From NCBI RefSeq assembly GCF_006345805.1, contig NC_043019.1, positions 12,585,360 through 12,649,359 on the forward strand: a DNA stretch of 64,000 nucleotides. Direction: 5' to 3'. This stretch comes from Octopus sinensis (lineage: Eukaryota). A program made the position numbers and the translations under genes. Each line of letters opens with the position of its first letter. Within the stretch, counting starts at the first letter, position 1. Below are positions 63,637 through 64,000 of this stretch, one piece after another. The notes under the pieces are model-generated. The model was not told the origin of the DNA and searched no databases. It saw only the letters and a list, made by a program, of their open reading frames with translations.

Positions 63637-64000
63637 TTCAAATTCATGTTACCCTAACTAAATTATTCTAAATGACTTGAGATACCCGTTCTGTCTTAGT
63701 TTTGCTTTTTCCTCTCTAATATAATATATACCTTCAATAACAGAACCCTAATACGAATCCCTAGATCCAGCCTCAGATGTGAACTGGGAACCTAACGGAC
63801 AACCAACTATAGCATTTGCTCAGCGTACCTATTCATTTTGATCACAAATGAACTAAACCCCACATATTCTACATACACACACACACACATTATATATATA
63901 CATACATGCACACATAATAGATTATATACAAACTCACACACACATAAATAAATTATATACATACATATATATATACATACATGCACACATAATAGATTAT

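Larger units (their letters stand above)
63096..63720. mobile_element. Fold-back Penelope-like element remnant (inverted pseudo-LTRs, ~225-250 bp arms)
   Basis: 63096-63319 is the diverged reverse complement of 63468-63720; each arm contains a hammerhead; flanked by related CA/TA-rich tracts. Confidence 0.65.

Overview
AT-rich, microsatellite- and SINE-dense animal genomic DNA. It is most likely an octopod cephalopod; this is inferred from the repeat families and composition, not verified. Two spliced genes face each other tail-to-tail. (1) On +, the 3' half of a sorting nexin-19-like gene (PX C-terminal half, a Ser/Thr repeat insert, Nexin_C) has 8 exons at 13095-25783; its 5' exons were not found in the window. 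(2) On -, a near-complete Vac8-like armadillo-repeat gene has 13 phase-consistent exons at 58174-42903 (585 codons plus stop); its first exon is uncertain. Non-coding content includes a ~4.3 kb array of 153-bp satellite units with higher-order structure, a non-autonomous Helitron, CR1 and RTE LINE fragments and many tRNA-type SINEs. The most notable hidden signal is four unrelated fold-back elements (~27.1, 36.4, 53.2 and 63.4 kb), each beside TA/CA microsatellite. In each, the inverted arms carry divergently oriented type I hammerhead ribozyme motifs of the Penelope-like-element kind. One pair shares a compensatory U3-A8 core, and another shows a palindromic stem III loop and covarying stem II base pairs. 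All structures were folded by eye; nothing was computed or searched.
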